Of a DNA stretch of 64,000 nt, positions 37,447-49,858 are shown piece by piece. A program made the translations under genes and the position numbers. Each line of letters opens with the position of its first letter. Position 1 is the stretch's first letter. The stretch is from assembly GCA_963822585.1 (NCBI GenBank), contig CAWGIE010000007.1:64001-128000 (forward strand), written 5' to 3'. The notes under the pieces are model-generated. The model made no database searches and was not told the DNA's origin. It saw only the letters and a list, made by a program, of their open reading frames with translations. The DNA comes from an uncultured bacterium (GTDB taxonomy: Bacteria > Auribacterota > Erginobacteria > Erginobacterales > Erginobacteraceae).

Positions 37447-38386
37447 ATGAAACAATTGTACATCCTCGATCCGTTCGAAAAGCTCGGTATCGAACACGAC
37501 ACCTCCATCCTCCTGATGAACGAGGCGATCGGACGCGGGAGCGAGGTTTATTCCTGCACCGAGTTCGATATCTCCCGGGATAATCGAGGGCTCTCCTGCC
37601 GCGCCCGGCGCCATGAAAAGGAGATCGGCCCTTCCATCAGGGATGAGGCGGCGGTGGCTCGTTCCCAGCGATCCGGAGTCGTTCGACTGCGTCCTGATCC
37701 GGAAAGACCCTCCCTTCGACTCCTCTTACCTGACCCTGCTCCTGCTTCTTGAGGAGCTGAGGCGTCCCCTGGTCATCAACAGCCCCGGCGCCCTCCTCCG
37801 TTACAACGAAAAACTCTCCATCTTTCTCTTTCCGGATTATATCACCGAGACGCTCGCCTCCTCCTCTCTCGACCGGATCAGGAATTTTATCCGGGAGGTC
37901 GGCGGGACGGCCGTCCTCAAGCCGCTCTTCAGCTGCAGCGGCCGCGGCGTTAAACTCCTCCGCGATTCCGATCCCTCGCTCGACGATGAAATTCTTTCTT
38001 CGACCGGCAACGGCACCCGGAAGGTGATGCTCCAGCGTTATCTCCCGGTGACGACCGAAGGCGAAACGCGCGTTTTCCTGCTCGAAGACCGGGTCCTGGC
38101 GGTGATGAAAAAGTTCCCGGCCCCGGGGTCCTTCAAGGCCAACTTCGACTTCGGCGCCCGGGGTCTTCCTCACACCCTGACCTCCCGGGAAGAGGCCGTC
38201 TGCCGGGCCGTGGGAACGTTCTGCGCGAGAGCGGGGATCATCCTCTCCGCTCTCGACCTGATCGACGGCTGCCTCTCCGAGTTCAACATCACCAGTCCGG
38301 GGCTTTTGGTCGAATCGAACCGGGTAAACAACGCCCGCTACCAGGAAGATGTCATACGATTCGTAACCGATCGATCAGGGCGTTGA
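37447..38386 (+). CDS. gshB: Glutathione synthetase, frameshift near 37657
   Basis: ILDP...HDTSILLM.EA..RG; RKDPPFD; NEKL; KPL; EFNITSP. Confidence 0.82.
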
Positions 38387-39563
38387 TCCCCCCTTCCCCG
38401 GTGAAGACCTCGCGGGCGCGGTCGGCCGCAGTCCTCCCTTCCCGAAGAATAACTTCAATGGGAGCCAGGTACTTCGCTTCATCCGCCGGTAGGCCGGCCC
38501 GGGCCCGTTCCAGCAATACGGCCGGCGTCACCAGCGGATCGTAAACCTCCTCACCGTAGAAGAGTCCCTTCACGCAAGCGGTAATCGCCAGCACCATCTC
38601 GGGGCGGTTGGAATCGAAGGTCCGGATCTCCAGCGTGGTATTGTTGAACCGCACCAGGGAGAAGATCGTGTTCAGGTGAGTGCGCCAGTCGTCGAGATCG
38701 GGGTAGGTCCCCTGAAAACCTTTCAGGAGAAATTCCCGGAAGGTAAGCCGCTCCTTCATCTCATGATACCGTCCGTCCCGGTAGAGAAAGATGATCGGGA
38801 CACCGAGCGCGTAATCGACATAATCGGCGAAGGAACCGATCGCATGCCCGCAGCCGGCCGGGACGCCGCTCCTCTCCCGGTCGGTCCGGCACCAGATTCT
38901 CTTCCGGAAGCTGCCGGTATACCGGTAGGCGCGGTCGTAGATCGGGGAATTGGCGAAGATGTCGGTCAGGAGATCGGAGAGGGAGACGGCGTTCTGAATC
39001 TTGCGAACGGCGTCCTCTTCCGAGTTATAGTCGATGCTGACCTGGACGGAGGCCGTCTGTTTCATCATGTAGAGGCTCAGGCCCGTCTTCGCTTCCCAGT
39101 ACTTCCGCATGATCCGGTAGCGCTGCTTCGGCATCCAGGGGACGGCGGGAAAGGAGTTGACCGGATCGACCCCGGAGGCGATAAAGACGGTCCGCGGGGA
39201 GCCGGCTTCTTTCAGCAGGGAGAGGTATCTGTCCAGTTTACCGGATAGTTCCCCGACCGTGCGGCTGGGGGTGAAGGAGGCCTCGAACTGGCCGCCCGGC
39301 TCGATACTGATGCTGAAATCATCGTCCCGGAGGCCGATCGGGCGGCCGGCTTCCATCACCGCCTCACCGCCGGTGAGTTCGAGAAGAGCAGCCAGGATTT
39401 CCCCGATCCCGGAGGATCCGTCATAGGCAAGGCGGGAATAGTCGTCTTTGTTCAGACAGAATATCTCGTACTCCGTTCCCACCCGGTTCCGGGAAGGGGG
39501 CACCACCGACCCCCGGAAGGTTTCGACCAGATCATCGGCAGTCAATCTCACCTGTCCGCTCAT
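38352..39563 (-). CDS. gshA: Glutamate--cysteine ligase (GCS2 family)
   Basis: VGTEYE, SIEPGGQFE, PWMPKQRYRIM, MMKQTASVQVSIDY, FANSP. Confidence 0.9.
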   Translation of the reverse strand: MSGQVRLTADDLVETFRGSVVPPSRNRVGTEYEIFCLNKDDYSRLAYDGSSGIGEILAALLELTGGEAVMEAGRPIGLRDDDFSISIEPGGQFEASFTPSRTVGELSGKLDRYLSLLKEAGSPRTVFIASGVDPVNSFPAVPWMPKQRYRIMRKYWEAKTGLSLYMMKQTASVQVSIDYNSEEDAVRKIQNAVSLSDLLTDIFANSPIYDRAYRYTGSFRKRIWCRTDRERSGVPAGCGHAIGSFADYVDYALGVPIIFLYRDGRYHEMKERLTFREFLLKGFQGTYPDLDDWRTHLNTIFSLVRFNNTTLEIRTFDSNRPEMVLAITACVKGLFYGEEVYDPLVTPAVLLERARAGLPADEAKYLAPIEVILREGRTAADRAREVFTGEGGINALIDRLRIV

Positions 39564-39684
39564 GATAACGGTATCTTATCAAAGCCCCTCCGGAAAGGAA
39601 ATCCCAAATTATTCCAGAAAAAAGTGGATAATCACCGTCGATACTGTAGACTCATTTACTGATGAAAACAACCGCCACTTTTAA

Positions 39685-40968
<1,284 letters not shown>

Positions 40969-41227
40969 TAAATTAGCTCGCTGCGCTCGCAAATTTATGT
41001 AGGATCGTCCTTCACTCCGTGAAGGACTTGCAGGAGATGGAGTAAATGTAGTATCGCCTTGCCTGCGGCAAGACTTGCAAATACAAGCGAAGCGATCCTA
41101 CAATTCCCACAAAGAATGCCGGAGGCATTCCGATCCGACAAGTCCTGAAGCGAAGCGGAAGGACGATACTACATGTCATTTAATGCATCTCTCTTCCTTT
41201 GAAATCCCGAAATAGAAAATTCGCGCT

Positions 41228-41572
41228 TTGAACAGATTTTTGAAGATATTCTGGCTGCTTTTGCTGCTGGCGCTGCTGTCCGGATTCGGCTGTCTCTTCT
41301 ACCATAAGCTCGGCCAGCTGAACGAACTCCGGCGGCAGCGTATCGCTTATGAGAAGAAGGTCATCTTCCTCGAAGCCGAGGTGACACGGCTCAGCCGGGA
41401 GATCGAGGAAATCCGGAATAACCCGGATCGCCTCGAAAAACTGGCCCGGGAGAAACTGGGCATGGCGGGGAAGAACGAGAAGATCTTCATCATCGAGCCG
41501 ACACCGGGTGTTGAGCAACCGTTGCCCGGAAAGGACAAATCATCCCCTAATCAACATGGAGTAATGGAATGA
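41228..41572 (+). CDS. ftsB: Septum formation initiator FtsB/DivIC
   Basis: TM plus coiled coil, LEKLAREKLGM; follows eno. Confidence 0.8.
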   Translation: MNRFLKIFWLLLLLALLSGFGCLFYHKLGQLNELRRQRIAYEKKVIFLEAEVTRLSREIEEIRNNPDRLEKLAREKLGMAGKNEKIFIIEPTPGVEQPLPGKDKSSPNQHGVME

Positions 41573-41672
41573 TGGGGTGGTGGAGTAATGGGGGATCGCC
41601 GGGCGCTTGTCCATTATTCCAGTATTCCATCACTCCAACACTCCCTCTTGCCGCCCGATGGCGGCAACTCCC

Positions 41673-43158
41673 ATGACATTCGCGCCTCTTGATTACATCG
41701 TCCTCGGCCTTTACTTCGTCTCCATCGCTTCCATCGGTCTCCTGGCCGGCCGGCGCGAAAAAAACACCGAAGATTACTTCCTGGGCGGACGGTCGATGCC
41801 CTGGTGGGCGGTCACCTTCTCCATCCTGGCCACCGAGGTGAGCGCGGTTACCTTTATCGGCGCGCCGGGGGCGTCATACCGGGGCAATTACGCCTATCTC
41901 CAGTTCGCCTTCGGTTCCCTCCTGGGCCGGGGCCTGATCGCGTGGCTCTTTCTCCCCGCTTTCTACCGGGGCCGGGTCACCTCGATCTACGAGTTTTTGG
42001 CCCAGCGCTTCGGGGAACGGAGCCGGCTGACCGCGGTGATCTTCTTCTTCGTCACCCGGCTTTTGGCCAGCGGGGTGCGGCTCCTGGTCGTTTCCCTGGT
42101 GCTGAGCGTGGTCACCGGTTTCCCTCTCTTCGTCATCATCATCGCGGTGGCGGTGATCGCCCTTTTCTACACCCTGATCGGCGGGATCAAGGCGGTCATC
42201 TGGACCGACGTCTTTCAGTTCATCATCTTCATGGGGGGGGCCTGGGTCGTTATCGGCTTTCTCCTCAATGCTATCCCCGGGGGATGGTCGGGGATGAAAA
42301 ACCTGGTCGCCCCGGATAAGCTGCGGATATTCGACTTCCACCTCTCCCTCACCGGCAGCACTTTTTTCCTGGTCGCCTTCATCAACGGCTGTTTCCAGAC
42401 CTTCGCGGCGCTGGGCACCGACCAGGATCTGACCCAGCGGATGCTCACCTGCAAAAACCTCCGGCAGGGGCAGCGGGCCCTGCTCCTGACCGGGATCATC
42501 GATTTTCCCATCGTCTTCACCTATCTCCTGATCGGGACCGCCCTCTTCTGCGTTTACGACGTCATGGGGGGACACCTTCCCGACCGCCATCTCATCCGAT
42601 CCCGATACCATCTTCCCCTACTTCATCATGACCGCGCTCCCGGCCGGGGTCCGGGGGCTGCTGATCGCCTCCATCTTCGCCGCCGCCATGTCCAGCCTGG
42701 ACTCGGCCATCAACGCCCTTTCCTCGAGCGCGATCATGGATATCTACCGGCCCTTCATCCGTCCCGGGGCTTCCGAGAAACACTACCTCGCCGTCTCCCG
42801 GGTCTTCGTGGCCGTCTTCTGCCTTCTTCTGATCGGGGCCGCGATCCTCCTCAACAACATTCCGGGAGGAAAGCTCTGGCTCGGTTTCAAGGTGACCGGG
42901 TTCACGTACGGCGCCCTCCTGGGCGTCTTCCTGCTGGGGGTCCTGACCAAGAAGAGCAACGACCGGATGAACCTCTGGGCGATGGTGAGCAGTTCCCTCC
43001 TCCTCCTGGCCCTTACCCTGTTCGAGCATTTTTTCCTGGCGGGAAAAACCCTTCTCGCCTGGCCCTGGTATGTGGTGGCGGGGACGGTCTGGACTTTCTT
43101 CTGGGGTTGGCTTCTTTCTTTGCCTTCATTTAATGCTTCGAAATCGAAAAGCAACTAA
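41673..43158 (+). CDS. Sodium:solute symporter family protein, frameshift near 42580
   Basis: DYFLGGRSMPWW, GGIKAVIWTD, DQDLTQR; then AAAMSSLDSAINALS in the next frame. Confidence 0.88.
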
Positions 43159-43294
43159 CAAAGCATTTTCACCACGAAGAACACGCAGCTGCTAAGACAT
43201 TCCCGTGCTGTCACTACACTATTCTATCCTTCGCGGCCTTCGTGTACTTCGTGGTAAAATAGCTTTCAGAGCCAGCTGATTATATCCGACGATC

Positions 43295-44053
43295 ATGGAC
43301 AAAGAGATCGGAGAGAAAATCCGGCGGCTGGTTTCCCGCTGCGACGTCTGCATCGTGGACCTGGATCAGTGCGTCTATCCCCGGTTCACCCAGACGGCGC
43401 TGGGAAGACTCCTTCTCATCCGCAGCCTCTCCCCGAAAAACCGGGTCTTCTTCCCCCGGCTTGTCGCCGACGCCTTCTTTATCAGCCTCACCAGAACCCG
43501 GCAGCTTTTCGGCCGCAAGCCCACCAACTTCATGTTGATGTCGGCCTTTTCCCGTGTCATCCGGGGGATGCCCCTGAAACTGATCGAAGAGTGCGCGTCC
43601 CGCCTGCCGGGAAAAGGCCCCCGGGACTGGAGAGAGGCGCTGGGCCGAATCTCGTCCGCGATGGATACATACCTCCTGACTTTCTCCATCGATCCGGTGG
43701 CTGCCGCCTACGGGCGGACGCGGGATTCCGCCGGGCGACCCATCTTCCGGGGATGGAGGGGAACCCCCCTGGCGGTAAGCGGGGAGACGATCGACAAAGT
43801 GATTTTTTCGCCCCGCTCCCTCTCCCCCGAAGCCAAGCTGAAGGCGATGGAAGAGATCATGGCCTCGGGAGGGGGCGAACGGCCGCTGATCATCGGGCAC
43901 GGAGAGGACGAGTCGGCGATGGCGATACGGGCCCGGCGAGAGGGGGGCGGTTCGATCGGCTTTTCGAAAGCGGGGGGAACGGTCGCCGAGTTCGACCTTG
44001 TTCTCCCCGGCAACGCCTGGAAAACCATTGCGAGAGCGTTTTCCGACGTATAG
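43295..44053 (+). CDS. HAD-like hydrolase fold hypothetical protein
   Basis: CIVDLDQC motif I; IGHGEDE resembling motif IV. Confidence 0.55.
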   Translation: MDKEIGEKIRRLVSRCDVCIVDLDQCVYPRFTQTALGRLLLIRSLSPKNRVFFPRLVADAFFISLTRTRQLFGRKPTNFMLMSAFSRVIRGMPLKLIEECASRLPGKGPRDWREALGRISSAMDTYLLTFSIDPVAAAYGRTRDSAGRPIFRGWRGTPLAVSGETIDKVIFSPRSLSPEAKLKAMEEIMASGGGERPLIIGHGEDESAMAIRARREGGGSIGFSKAGGTVAEFDLVLPGNAWKTIARAFSDV

Positions 44054-44261
44054 TATGAGCCCATCCGAGTAACCTCGAAAAAGTCATTGCGATCCGCCTC
44101 CGGCGGAGAAGCAATCTCGATAATTATCGCAACAAACTATCATCGAATGGGATGAGATTGCTTCTTCTCCCTCACTTCGGTGCTGTTAAAAATTTTATGA
44201 AAGAAAGAATTCGGTAAAGGGGAACTGAATATCCACTATTCAACAGAAAGGAGACATAGTC

Positions 44262-45629
44262 ATGGATCAACCAGACGACTACCGGCTGCAGGACCGCAAC
44301 GGATCGCCTAACGCCCCGGCGGGGGGAACGATCGGTTTTCTGGCGGTAACCGCGATCGGGATCGGGGGGATGGTGGGGGGCGGCATCTTCGCCGTGCTCG
44401 GGCTGGCCGTGATCCTGGCGGGCGGCGGCACTCCGGTCGCCTTCGCCCTGGCCGGCATCGTGGCCATTCTCACCGCCTATTCCTATGCCAAGTTATCGGT
44501 CAGATACCCCAGCGAAGGAGGAACGGTCACCTTCCTCAACCAGGCTTTCGGGACCGGTTGGATAACCGGAAGTCTGAACATTCTACTCTGGCTCAGCTAC
44601 CTGGTGACCCTCTCCCTGTACGCCTATGCCTGCGGAAGCTACGGGGCGACATTCTTCCCGGCGGAAGAGCACGCTCTCTGGAAACATCTCATCCTGAGCG
44701 CGGTGATCGTGATCTTCACCGTGATCAACGCCCTGGGGGCGACTTTCGTCGGCCGGGCGGAGAAGTACATCGTGGCCGTCAAACTGGCGATCCTGGTCTT
44801 TGTCGGCGCTGCCGGGATGTTCTTCGTGAAATGGGTCCGCCTCTCCCCGGACACCTGGGCGGCCGGGCACGGCTCGCCCCTCGCGAACTATCTCTCACTC
44901 CTCGCGGGGGGCATGATCATCTTCGTCGCCTATGAAGGTTTCGAACTCATATCCAACACCGCCAACGACGTGAAGAACCCGAAGAAGACGCTGCCAAGGG
45001 CTTATTACACGTCCGTCGGGTTCGTGATCGTCCTCTATATCGCGATCGCGATCGTGACCGTCGGCAACCTGCTCCCGCAACAGATCGCGGGCGCCCAGGA
45101 CTACGCCCTGGCCGCCGCCGCCCGGCCCAGCCTCCATCACTTCGGCTTCGTTCTGGTCGCGATCGCGGCCCTGCTGGCCACCATGTCGGCGATCAACGCC
45201 ACCCTTTACGGATCGGCCCGGATCAGCTACATCATCGCCAAGACCGGAGAGTTGCCCCGTCGTTTGGACAGGATGAGCAAAAAGGCGCCGATCCCGATGG
45301 AAGGGCTTTTGCTGACCAGCGTCATCTCGCTCCTGATGGCCAATTTTTTTCATATCGACCGGATATCGACGATGGGGTCCGCGGGCTTCCTGATCATCTT
45401 CGCCATGGTCAATCTCGCCAACGTCGTTCTTTCCCGCGAGACCGGCGGCAGCAGGTGGCTCTCCGCCATCGGCTTCGCGGTCTGCCTGATCGCCCTCACC
45501 GCCCTGATCTGGCAGACGGCAGCCACCTCCCCGGGCAACCTCCTGGTCCTGGCGGTGATGGCGGCCCTCTCGGTACTGATCGAGGTCATTTACCGGTCCC
45601 TGACCGGCCGTGAGATCAAGCTGGCATGA
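44262..45629 (+). CDS. APC family amino acid permease
   Basis: GIGGMVGGGIF, AYEGFELI, about 12 TM. Confidence 0.9.
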   Translation: MDQPDDYRLQDRNGSPNAPAGGTIGFLAVTAIGIGGMVGGGIFAVLGLAVILAGGGTPVAFALAGIVAILTAYSYAKLSVRYPSEGGTVTFLNQAFGTGWITGSLNILLWLSYLVTLSLYAYACGSYGATFFPAEEHALWKHLILSAVIVIFTVINALGATFVGRAEKYIVAVKLAILVFVGAAGMFFVKWVRLSPDTWAAGHGSPLANYLSLLAGGMIIFVAYEGFELISNTANDVKNPKKTLPRAYYTSVGFVIVLYIAIAIVTVGNLLPQQIAGAQDYALAAAARPSLHHFGFVLVAIAALLATMSAINATLYGSARISYIIAKTGELPRRLDRMSKKAPIPMEGLLLTSVISLLMANFFHIDRISTMGSAGFLIIFAMVNLANVVLSRETGGSRWLSAIGFAVCLIALTALIWQTAATSPGNLLVLAVMAALSVLIEVIYRSLTGREIKLA

Positions 45630-46963
45630 AGACGCGCCCGTTCTTCGGGGTTGAGGATCAGCTGAATCTCACCACCGTCCTTCTGGGCGGCATCCAGCAC
45701 GTCCTGGCCATGTTCGTGGGGATCGTCACTCCCCCCCTCATCATCGCCTGTTCCCTCTGTCTCGACCCGGCCAAAACCGGCTTCCTGGTGAGCATGGCCC
45801 TCTTCACCTCCGGCATCACCACCTTCATCCAGGTCAAGCGCTTCGGGCCGTTCGGTTCGGGACTGCTCAGCGTGCAGGGGACCAGCTTTACCTTCGTTCC
45901 CCTCTCCATCCAGGCCGGCCTGGCGGGGGGACTGCCCCTGATCTTCGGGATGACGATGGCCGGCGCGCCGGTGGAGATGATCCTGAGCCGCTTCATCCAC
46001 TTCGCCCGCCGGCTCTTCCCCCCGGTCGTGACCGGCTCGGTGGTGATGCTGATCGGGACCGGGCTGATCGGGGTTGGGATCACCGACCTGGCCGGGGGTA
46101 GCGGCAATCCCGACTTCGGCAGCCCCGCCAACCTTCTTCTGGGGATTTTCGTGATGGCGGTCATCATCGTTCTCAACCGCTTCGGCCGGGGCTTCCTCAG
46201 CACCATTGCCATCGCCCTGGGCATAGTAGCAGGTTACCTCCTGGCGTCGCTACTGGGCCGGGTTGACTTCTCCCCCTTTCATACGGCCGGCTTGCTGACC
46301 ATACCGCAACCCCTGAAATTCGGGATCGATTTTGACCCCCGCTACCTGCTCCCCTGGATCATCGGCTACCTGATCACCACCATCGAGTCGATCGGAGATC
46401 TGACCGCCAGCTCCGGTGTCTCCCGGGAACCGGTGGAAGGGCCCGTTTTCATCCGGCGTCTGGAAGGGGGCATCCTCTCGGACGGGACGGGAAGCCTGCT
46501 GGCGGGGTTTTTCAACGCCATGCCCAACACCACCTTCTCCCAGAACAACGGGGTGATCGGACTGACCGGCGTCGCCTCCCGGCGGGTCGGATATGGGGTG
46601 GCCGGGATTTTGGTCCTGCTCGGCTTCTTTCCCCGGGTGGCCGCTTTGATCAGCGTGATGCCGAAGCCGGTCCTGGGAGGCGCCACCACCATCATGTTCG
46701 CCATGGTGGCGGTCGCCGGTCTGAAGATAATCGTCTCCGGCGGACTGGGCGTCCGGAACCAGTTCATTCTGGCCATCACTCTGGCGGCCGGGTTGGGAAT
46801 CGAGATGGTACCGGGCGCTCTGGACGGGCTCGGGGGAACAGGCGCCGGGTCCGGAATTTTGTTCGGGTCCCTCTCCGCCATCCTGCGCTCGGGGCTGGCC
46901 ATGGGAGCGATCGTAGCCACCACCCTCAACCTGATCCTACCCCGGGACGCCGGGAGCGACTAA
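45626..46963 (+). CDS. NCS2 xanthine/uracil permease
   Basis: QHVLAMF, PNTTFSQNNGVIGLTGVASR. Confidence 0.92.
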   Translation: MKTRPFFGVEDQLNLTTVLLGGIQHVLAMFVGIVTPPLIIACSLCLDPAKTGFLVSMALFTSGITTFIQVKRFGPFGSGLLSVQGTSFTFVPLSIQAGLAGGLPLIFGMTMAGAPVEMILSRFIHFARRLFPPVVTGSVVMLIGTGLIGVGITDLAGGSGNPDFGSPANLLLGIFVMAVIIVLNRFGRGFLSTIAIALGIVAGYLLASLLGRVDFSPFHTAGLLTIPQPLKFGIDFDPRYLLPWIIGYLITTIESIGDLTASSGVSREPVEGPVFIRRLEGGILSDGTGSLLAGFFNAMPNTTFSQNNGVIGLTGVASRRVGYGVAGILVLLGFFPRVAALISVMPKPVLGGATTIMFAMVAVAGLKIIVSGGLGVRNQFILAITLAAGLGIEMVPGALDGLGGTGAGSGILFGSLSAILRSGLAMGAIVATTLNLILPRDAGSD

Positions 46964-46978
46964 GACGGAATACGCTTT

Positions 46979-48538
46979 ATGCGGCAGGAAGCGAACAATC
47001 GGCCAGACGCCTCTCATCCCCCGGCCGGGGTGCTCGTCCTGCTCGCGCTGATCCCGGTCGTCATCGGCGGATTTTTACGCCTGATCTTTTTCGAGCAGAT
47101 AGAATTCGGGATGGACGGGGTCACCGCCATTCTGACCACGAAATTCTGGCTCAGCCACGGCGTTCCTTTCTACGGCCAGATGAGCGGAGCCGGGGTGATG
47201 ATGCCCCCCGGCTTCATTTTCTTCCTCTATCCCCTGGTCAAGCTCACCGGGTCTCCCCTGACGATCTGCTTCGCCGTCACCTGCTGCAACATCGCCGCCG
47301 TCTGGCTGATCTGCCGGCTGGGGGCGGAGGCCGGCGGACCCCGGGCCGGATTCTGGGCCGGCGCCTTCATGGCCGTCCATCCCTGGCTGATCATCTACTC
47401 CCGGATGATCTGGCCGCAGTGCCTCCTCCCCTTCTTCGTCACGCTTTTCCTGATCATCCTGGCCGTCTGCACCCGGCGGCCGAAAAGTCGGCTGATCTTC
47501 TGGTGCGGGCCCCTGCTCAGCCTGACCTGGCAGATCCATTACTCGGCCTACTGCGTCCTCGTCTTCTTCATCATCTGGTTCGCGGCCCAGGCCATTGCCG
47601 GACGAATACGCTGGACCTGGGCGGCGGCGGGGTTCCTGGCCGGGCTTCTCATCTTCTATCCGCACCTTCATTTCCTCATTTACTCCGACTTCCAGTCCCT
47701 GCGCCAGGCGGTGGCGGGCGCCGGCGAAAGGATACCTTTCTTCACCAACCTCCGCTCGCTCGTCGTCCTTTTCGGCGCGACCTCTTTCGCCGGGGGGCTC
47801 GGTTTTTTCTTCCAGAATTCGCAATTCCACCTTCTTGCCATCGCCCAAACCCCCCTGGGACAGCTCCATCCCTGGCTGGCCCCGGCGGCCGGCGGCAGTT
47901 CGGCCGCCGTGATCCTCCTGGTCCTGGCGGGGTTTTTCTTCCGGCGACGGATCTTGTCCGGCTTCACCCCCTGGCTGGGGCTGATGGCCGTCCTGCCGGT
48001 GATCCTCTACTCCGTCAAGGGGGCTAGAGTCCCCCCCTGGTATTTCCTGGTCGGGTTGCCCGCCGTGGTCACACTGGCCGGCGAGGGGATGGAACGCATA
48101 ACCGAGGCCGGCGTAAGGCGCCTCCCCCGCGCCATCGGGCGACGGCTGCCCCTTCTCCTCGGCGGATTCATCGTCCTGGCGGGAGGGCTGATCTGGCTCG
48201 TCTTTCTCGGTTACATCAAGGAAAACGGAGGAACCGGAGGGATGTATGGCCCGACCTACCGGGTCCAGAAACAGGCGGCGGAGAAACTGCTGGAGGAGCG
48301 GATCCCCTTCGACCGGATCGATCTCTCCCTCACCCGAGGGAAGGGGTTCGGGGTCGCCTATCTCCTGGATTACCTGAATGGGTGGGGGCGCAAGATCGAA
48401 CCCGGCGGTTTCTCCGAAAATCAGGCGCGGGTTGTCGACACCCTGCTTTTTCCGGGCGAGAGATGTTCGGGCGAAGAAACCCCGGCGGCGCTGCCATCGC
48501 CGAACCCGTTGCTAATCTGCATCTCCCCGGCGGATTGA
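46979..48538 (+). CDS. GT-C (ArnT/PMT-like) membrane glycosyltransferase
   Basis: Multi-TM, AVHPWLIIYSRMIW, QIHYSA. Confidence 0.7.
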   Translation: MRQEANNRPDASHPPAGVLVLLALIPVVIGGFLRLIFFEQIEFGMDGVTAILTTKFWLSHGVPFYGQMSGAGVMMPPGFIFFLYPLVKLTGSPLTICFAVTCCNIAAVWLICRLGAEAGGPRAGFWAGAFMAVHPWLIIYSRMIWPQCLLPFFVTLFLIILAVCTRRPKSRLIFWCGPLLSLTWQIHYSAYCVLVFFIIWFAAQAIAGRIRWTWAAAGFLAGLLIFYPHLHFLIYSDFQSLRQAVAGAGERIPFFTNLRSLVVLFGATSFAGGLGFFFQNSQFHLLAIAQTPLGQLHPWLAPAAGGSSAAVILLVLAGFFFRRRILSGFTPWLGLMAVLPVILYSVKGARVPPWYFLVGLPAVVTLAGEGMERITEAGVRRLPRAIGRRLPLLLGGFIVLAGGLIWLVFLGYIKENGGTGGMYGPTYRVQKQAAEKLLEERIPFDRIDLSLTRGKGFGVAYLLDYLNGWGRKIEPGGFSENQARVVDTLLFPGERCSGEETPAALPSPNPLLICISPAD

Positions 48539-48840
48539 TGTAATAAGAGCTTACTCGGAAAATTCGTAAGCTCTCAAATCCTAATATCTAAATACTAAAT
48601 CCTAAACAATATCAAATGACCAAAACTAAAAAATCCCAAACGATGGGGCTGAAACCGGCGACATTTGAAACATTTGATCATTTTGATTTTGGATTTATTT
48701 AGGATTTCGATATTAGGATTTAGGATTTTCTGCTCGGAATCCTTTTCGAGCAGGGAATAATTAGCACCTGATTAACTCTGCTTGACCTGAAAAAGCAACA
48801 ATCAGGGTTCTCTTCCGTTGAGTCCGGTAATCAGTCGGTG

Positions 48841-49743
48841 TCAGATCAGCCCCTTGAAGGGGAACCCCTTGTAGACGACCAGGTGATTCTGGAACTGGAC
48901 CAGGGGCTGTTTCTTCAGCCAGAATTCCCGGTAGATATATTCCGTTATCTCTTCTTTCTGCCGCCGGTTATAAACATGAACATTGGGATAGAGCAGGATC
49001 ATCCAGATCACGGCCATGAACTTCCCGAAATCATCGACAAAGAACTTGACCTCGTGGGTGCGGAGAAGCACCTGGGCTTTTTGAAAAACTTTATTACGCC
49101 CCAGCCGGTTACCAAAGGCCAGAAGGTCCTGATCGTTGTGACAACCAAAGAATTTTCCGGCAAAGTGGTTATAGAGCCACGTCGTCGAACGGCGGTCCGA
49201 ACTTTTTGAGGCCATCATGACGGCGTGGATCGCCCCCCGCGGGGACAGGATCGTCCTCTGCAGGTTCTCGAAGAGCCCCTCCCATTGCCCTTCCTCCGAG
49301 TAATAGAGGGAGTGGTGCAGGGTGACCAGGTCCATTTTCTTCCCGGCCAGCCGGCTTGCCAGAAACGCCCGGGCGTTGCCGGGTTCCATCAGGACCCGGT
49401 TATAATCGGCCCGGATCGTTTTCACGTGCGTGATCCATTGCCGTCGAAGCCGTTCCTGCACGATGCCGAGCGGCACCCGGTCGATGTCCAGCAGGAAAAG
49501 TCCGCCCCGGAAGGCGGCTTCCAGGATCCGGAACTGCGGCTCCGACCCCGAACCGATGGAGAGGGCGCGCAGGCGCCGGGAGAGGGGGACCGCCCGGTCC
49601 AGCGACCGGATGACCGCGGTCAGCACCTCCCCGATATCGACCTTGTCGGAGCTGAACCGCGACCATATCTCGTCTTCGTTATACATGTCGGCATCGCCCG
49701 CCCGGATACCGGTCTCGATCAATTTCGTCATCAGGTTTTTCAT
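48841..49743 (-). CDS. Class I SAM-dependent methyltransferase
   Basis: ALSIGSG, LLDID, DLVTLHHSLYY. Confidence 0.7.
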   Translation of the reverse strand: MKNLMTKLIETGIRAGDADMYNEDEIWSRFSSDKVDIGEVLTAVIRSLDRAVPLSRRLRALSIGSGSEPQFRILEAAFRGGLFLLDIDRVPLGIVQERLRRQWITHVKTIRADYNRVLMEPGNARAFLASRLAGKKMDLVTLHHSLYYSEEGQWEGLFENLQRTILSPRGAIHAVMMASKSSDRRSTTWLYNHFAGKFFGCHNDQDLLAFGNRLGRNKVFQKAQVLLRTHEVKFFVDDFGKFMAVIWMILLYPNVHVYNRRQKEEITEYIYREFWLKKQPLVQFQNHLVVYKGFPFKGLI

Positions 49744-49858
49744 GATCCTTTATCTCCTTCTAAATTAACGGCCATGCTGTTCATTTAAAAAGTAATATTT
49801 CCCCGGTTCCGATATTTCTACCCCGGTTTAACATATCCTGGCACCGTTGGTCTGTTTT

